Below are positions 61,613 through 64,000 of a DNA stretch of 64,000 nt, piece by piece. This stretch comes from Octopus vulgaris (taxonomy: Eukaryota): contig OX597820.1 of NCBI GenBank assembly GCA_951406725.2, positions 86,924,001 through 86,988,000 of the forward strand, written 5' to 3'. Position 1 is the first letter of the stretch; every line of letters begins with the position of its first letter. The translations under genes were made by a program, and so were the position numbers. A model generated the notes under the pieces. That model saw nothing but the letters and a program-made list of their open reading frames with translations, ran no database searches and was not told the origin of the DNA.

Positions 61613-62241
61613 ATGCAGGGTTAGCTGAACGAGGGTGGTTGTCTCCCCCTTGTAAACACAAGGACACAGGAAATGTGTCAAGGCCGACAGGAAGCGTTGA
61701 TATAAGTTGCCTCACTGCAAAACCTGGCCTCGTATAAGAAAGTTTGATCATGGTTGTGTTTAAGCTATATTCCTTTTAATGGACATTAAGTCTTAAAATA
61801 TTTGGATAGCTTTTTTTATTTTACGTGAGTAAACTGAAAGCTATTTGTAGAACCATTACAAAAGTAGGAGAACGATTTCTTTTTTAAATAACTAGAAACT
61901 AGAAGTAGAATTTCTTCTTTTTCAGTCCGTCAAATACAAACTTCATTTCCTTCTTAATTCTGAAAAAGTGAAATTACAGATAATATACTTATTAGAGTTT
62001 ATGTTTAGATAGAAATTCTCACTGTAAAGAAATTACTTCTAATATGACATAAGGCCAAACTTGGATCAAAAGACAGTAGACTAAATACACCTCAGTTAAT
62101 GTCTGGTACTTACCTTACTGACCTAAAAAGTATGAAAGATAAAGTCGATCTTGTTTATTGCCTTGCAGTTTTGAGAAGACGGAACAGTTTCGCATCAAGA
62201 GATTGTTGCAGTTCGATCTTAGAAAGTGTCATAACTTAATA

Positions 62242-62495
62242 ATAAGTGCGCCCTTTTAAAGCCTAGCCAGGCTCATGGGCCCATTTCCCCGGTTTCTATG
62301 GTGTATGTATGCACCCAGCTGGAGGGGACGCCAGTCCATCGCAGTGTTACTCATTTTTGCCAGCTGAGTGGACTGGAGCAACGTAAAATGAAGTGTTTTG
62401 CTCAAGAACACAACGCGTCGCCCGGTCCAGGAATCGAAACCGCAATCTTACGATCACGATGCTGACATCCTAACCACTAAGCCACGCGCCTCCAC
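62242..62495 (-). mobile_element. V-domain-like SINE with a third tail type
   Basis: tRNA head gtggaggcgcgtggcttagtggttagg; TSD ataacttaata at 62231-62241 and 62496-62506. Confidence 0.85.
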
Positions 62496-62711
62496 ATAAC
62501 TTAATACTGCTAAGAATTTTTATCCGGTTATCGATTCTGCTCTGCTTTGTATAATTAAACTCGAACAATTATGAATAAGTTAAGAAATGATCATTGATAA
62601 GCGAGAGGTGTTCTTAGGTTATTTAACTTGATTGGTTAGAGAAATTTGAATGTCAATATTTTCTTGACTTCTGTATTTTTATTCTTCCTCTGAAGTTTAA
62701 TCATCCCCCTC

Positions 62712-62761
<50 letters not shown>

Positions 62762-62781
62762 CCTTTCAACTATAGGTACAA

Positions 62782-64000
62782 CCAGCTAGCAAGCCATGCT
62801 ACTTCAGATTTTTGTTGTTTTTTGAGAGAAGCTGATCGAAAGTGCGTGCGAAGCCGGCGTTTGTCGGTAAAAGAAACATTAGAAATGAAGAGCTACGCGG
62901 AAGCGACAGCGGAAGACCCGGAAAAAGAGAAATTAAGAAACCTAACACCGAAATCGTTGAATTGGGACCCTGAATAGATGAAGAGATAAATGAGTAAAGT
63001 AGAAAGAGAAGCAACGAATGTCGGAGGAGAAAAAGAAAATGTTAAGGGATTCAACAATAGTATTCAGAACATTCTCCAACGAATCCAGGAGGATTGAAAT
63101 ATCACTTGAATTTCACACAGAAGCAATGGTAACGAACTGTATGGATAGAGTGGTTTTCATAAATAGAGGAAGCCAATACGGCACGGTAAATATTATATTT
63201 GAAAATGTGGCGGCGGCAAAGATGAACGACCAAGTGATAGAAGGAAATAGGTGGACTCTCATATCCGACAAACCAGGAAAAAGTTGGTGAAAATTATAGT
63301 TGGAAGAATCCCACCCATAATAGAGCCCGAATGGGTAATAGTGGGAATCTTCGGAGAGAATTTGAAGAGAGGAAATACGAAGTTGAACGTACTAACAGTG
63401 AGAAAAACACAATGTTTGAATTTTTGGGGTTATGAAATTGAAATTGCGCTATAACCTCAGAATACTATGAGAAAATACCGGAAACGGTAGAATTACCGAC
63501 TGGTGAAAAGTTGGATATTGTGCTGCAGGGAAGACTCCCAAAATGCTACTTGTGTGGCATGAGGGGGGGGGGGCATATGCGAAGGAAATAACAGTATACG
63601 GAAGTAGAGAAAAGGTTGGAAACAACGATGGAAGAAAAAGCAGCCGACGAAGAGAAGAAGGAGAACAATAATAGAACAAATATGGTGAAGAGCAGGAAGA
63701 GAGAACGTAAAAAGTCACCAACTTTAGAATAAACGAAAAAAAAAGGTAAAGGAATAGCAGAGAATATAACATATCAGAACGGTAACACTGAGAGGAACCA
63801 ACTATAGAAGAGATATTGAGAGTGATGGAACTGCAAAACGAAGAAGAAATATGGCGAGAAAATCTAGAGTTGTTTAAGCTCAAAGATAGAGAAGAACAGA
63901 TGGAAGAGAAGTATTTGAAAAAGTCACCAACTTTAGAAGAAACGGAAAAAGTAGAGGAATGGCAGAGAATATAACATATCAGAACGATAACACTGAGAGG
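62782..64000 (+). mobile_element. Decayed non-LTR retrotransposon 5' region/ORF1 (L1/Tx1-like), runs off the window
   Basis: Broken ORFs with RRM-like GTVNIIF and VKIIVGRIPP, zinc-knuckle remnant GRLPKCYLCG..GHMRR, E/K-rich tail with ~210-bp duplication (63709/63918). Confidence 0.55.

Overview
AT-rich, microsatellite-rich animal genomic DNA, most likely Octopus/cephalopod judging from the SINE families (recognised from memory, not searched). I see no convincing host gene; the window is almost entirely transposon-derived. Main contents: (1) a young, full-length but defective Ty3/Gypsy LTR retrotransposon of the CsRn1/Kabuki type (10068-15506, minus; 577-bp LTRs, ATAC TSD, tRNA-Trp PBS, CHCC gag knuckle); (2) a Chapaev3-like DNA transposon with an intron (21194-23845); (3) two 5'-truncated Penelope-like elements (PLEs) with GIY-YIG domains; (4) two non-autonomous Helitrons; (5) mariner, hAT, RTE and L1/Tx1-like relics, several MITEs and dozens of modular tRNA-derived SINEs. 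The most interesting hidden layer is a set of hammerhead-ribozyme motifs. Two unrelated ORF-less inverted-repeat elements carry type I hammerheads with ~60-nt stem II and palindromic stem III; one PLE carries a U3-A8 covariant core; and one tRNA-headed SINE-like element ends in a half hammerhead. All structures were folded by eye. Boundaries of decayed elements are approximate.
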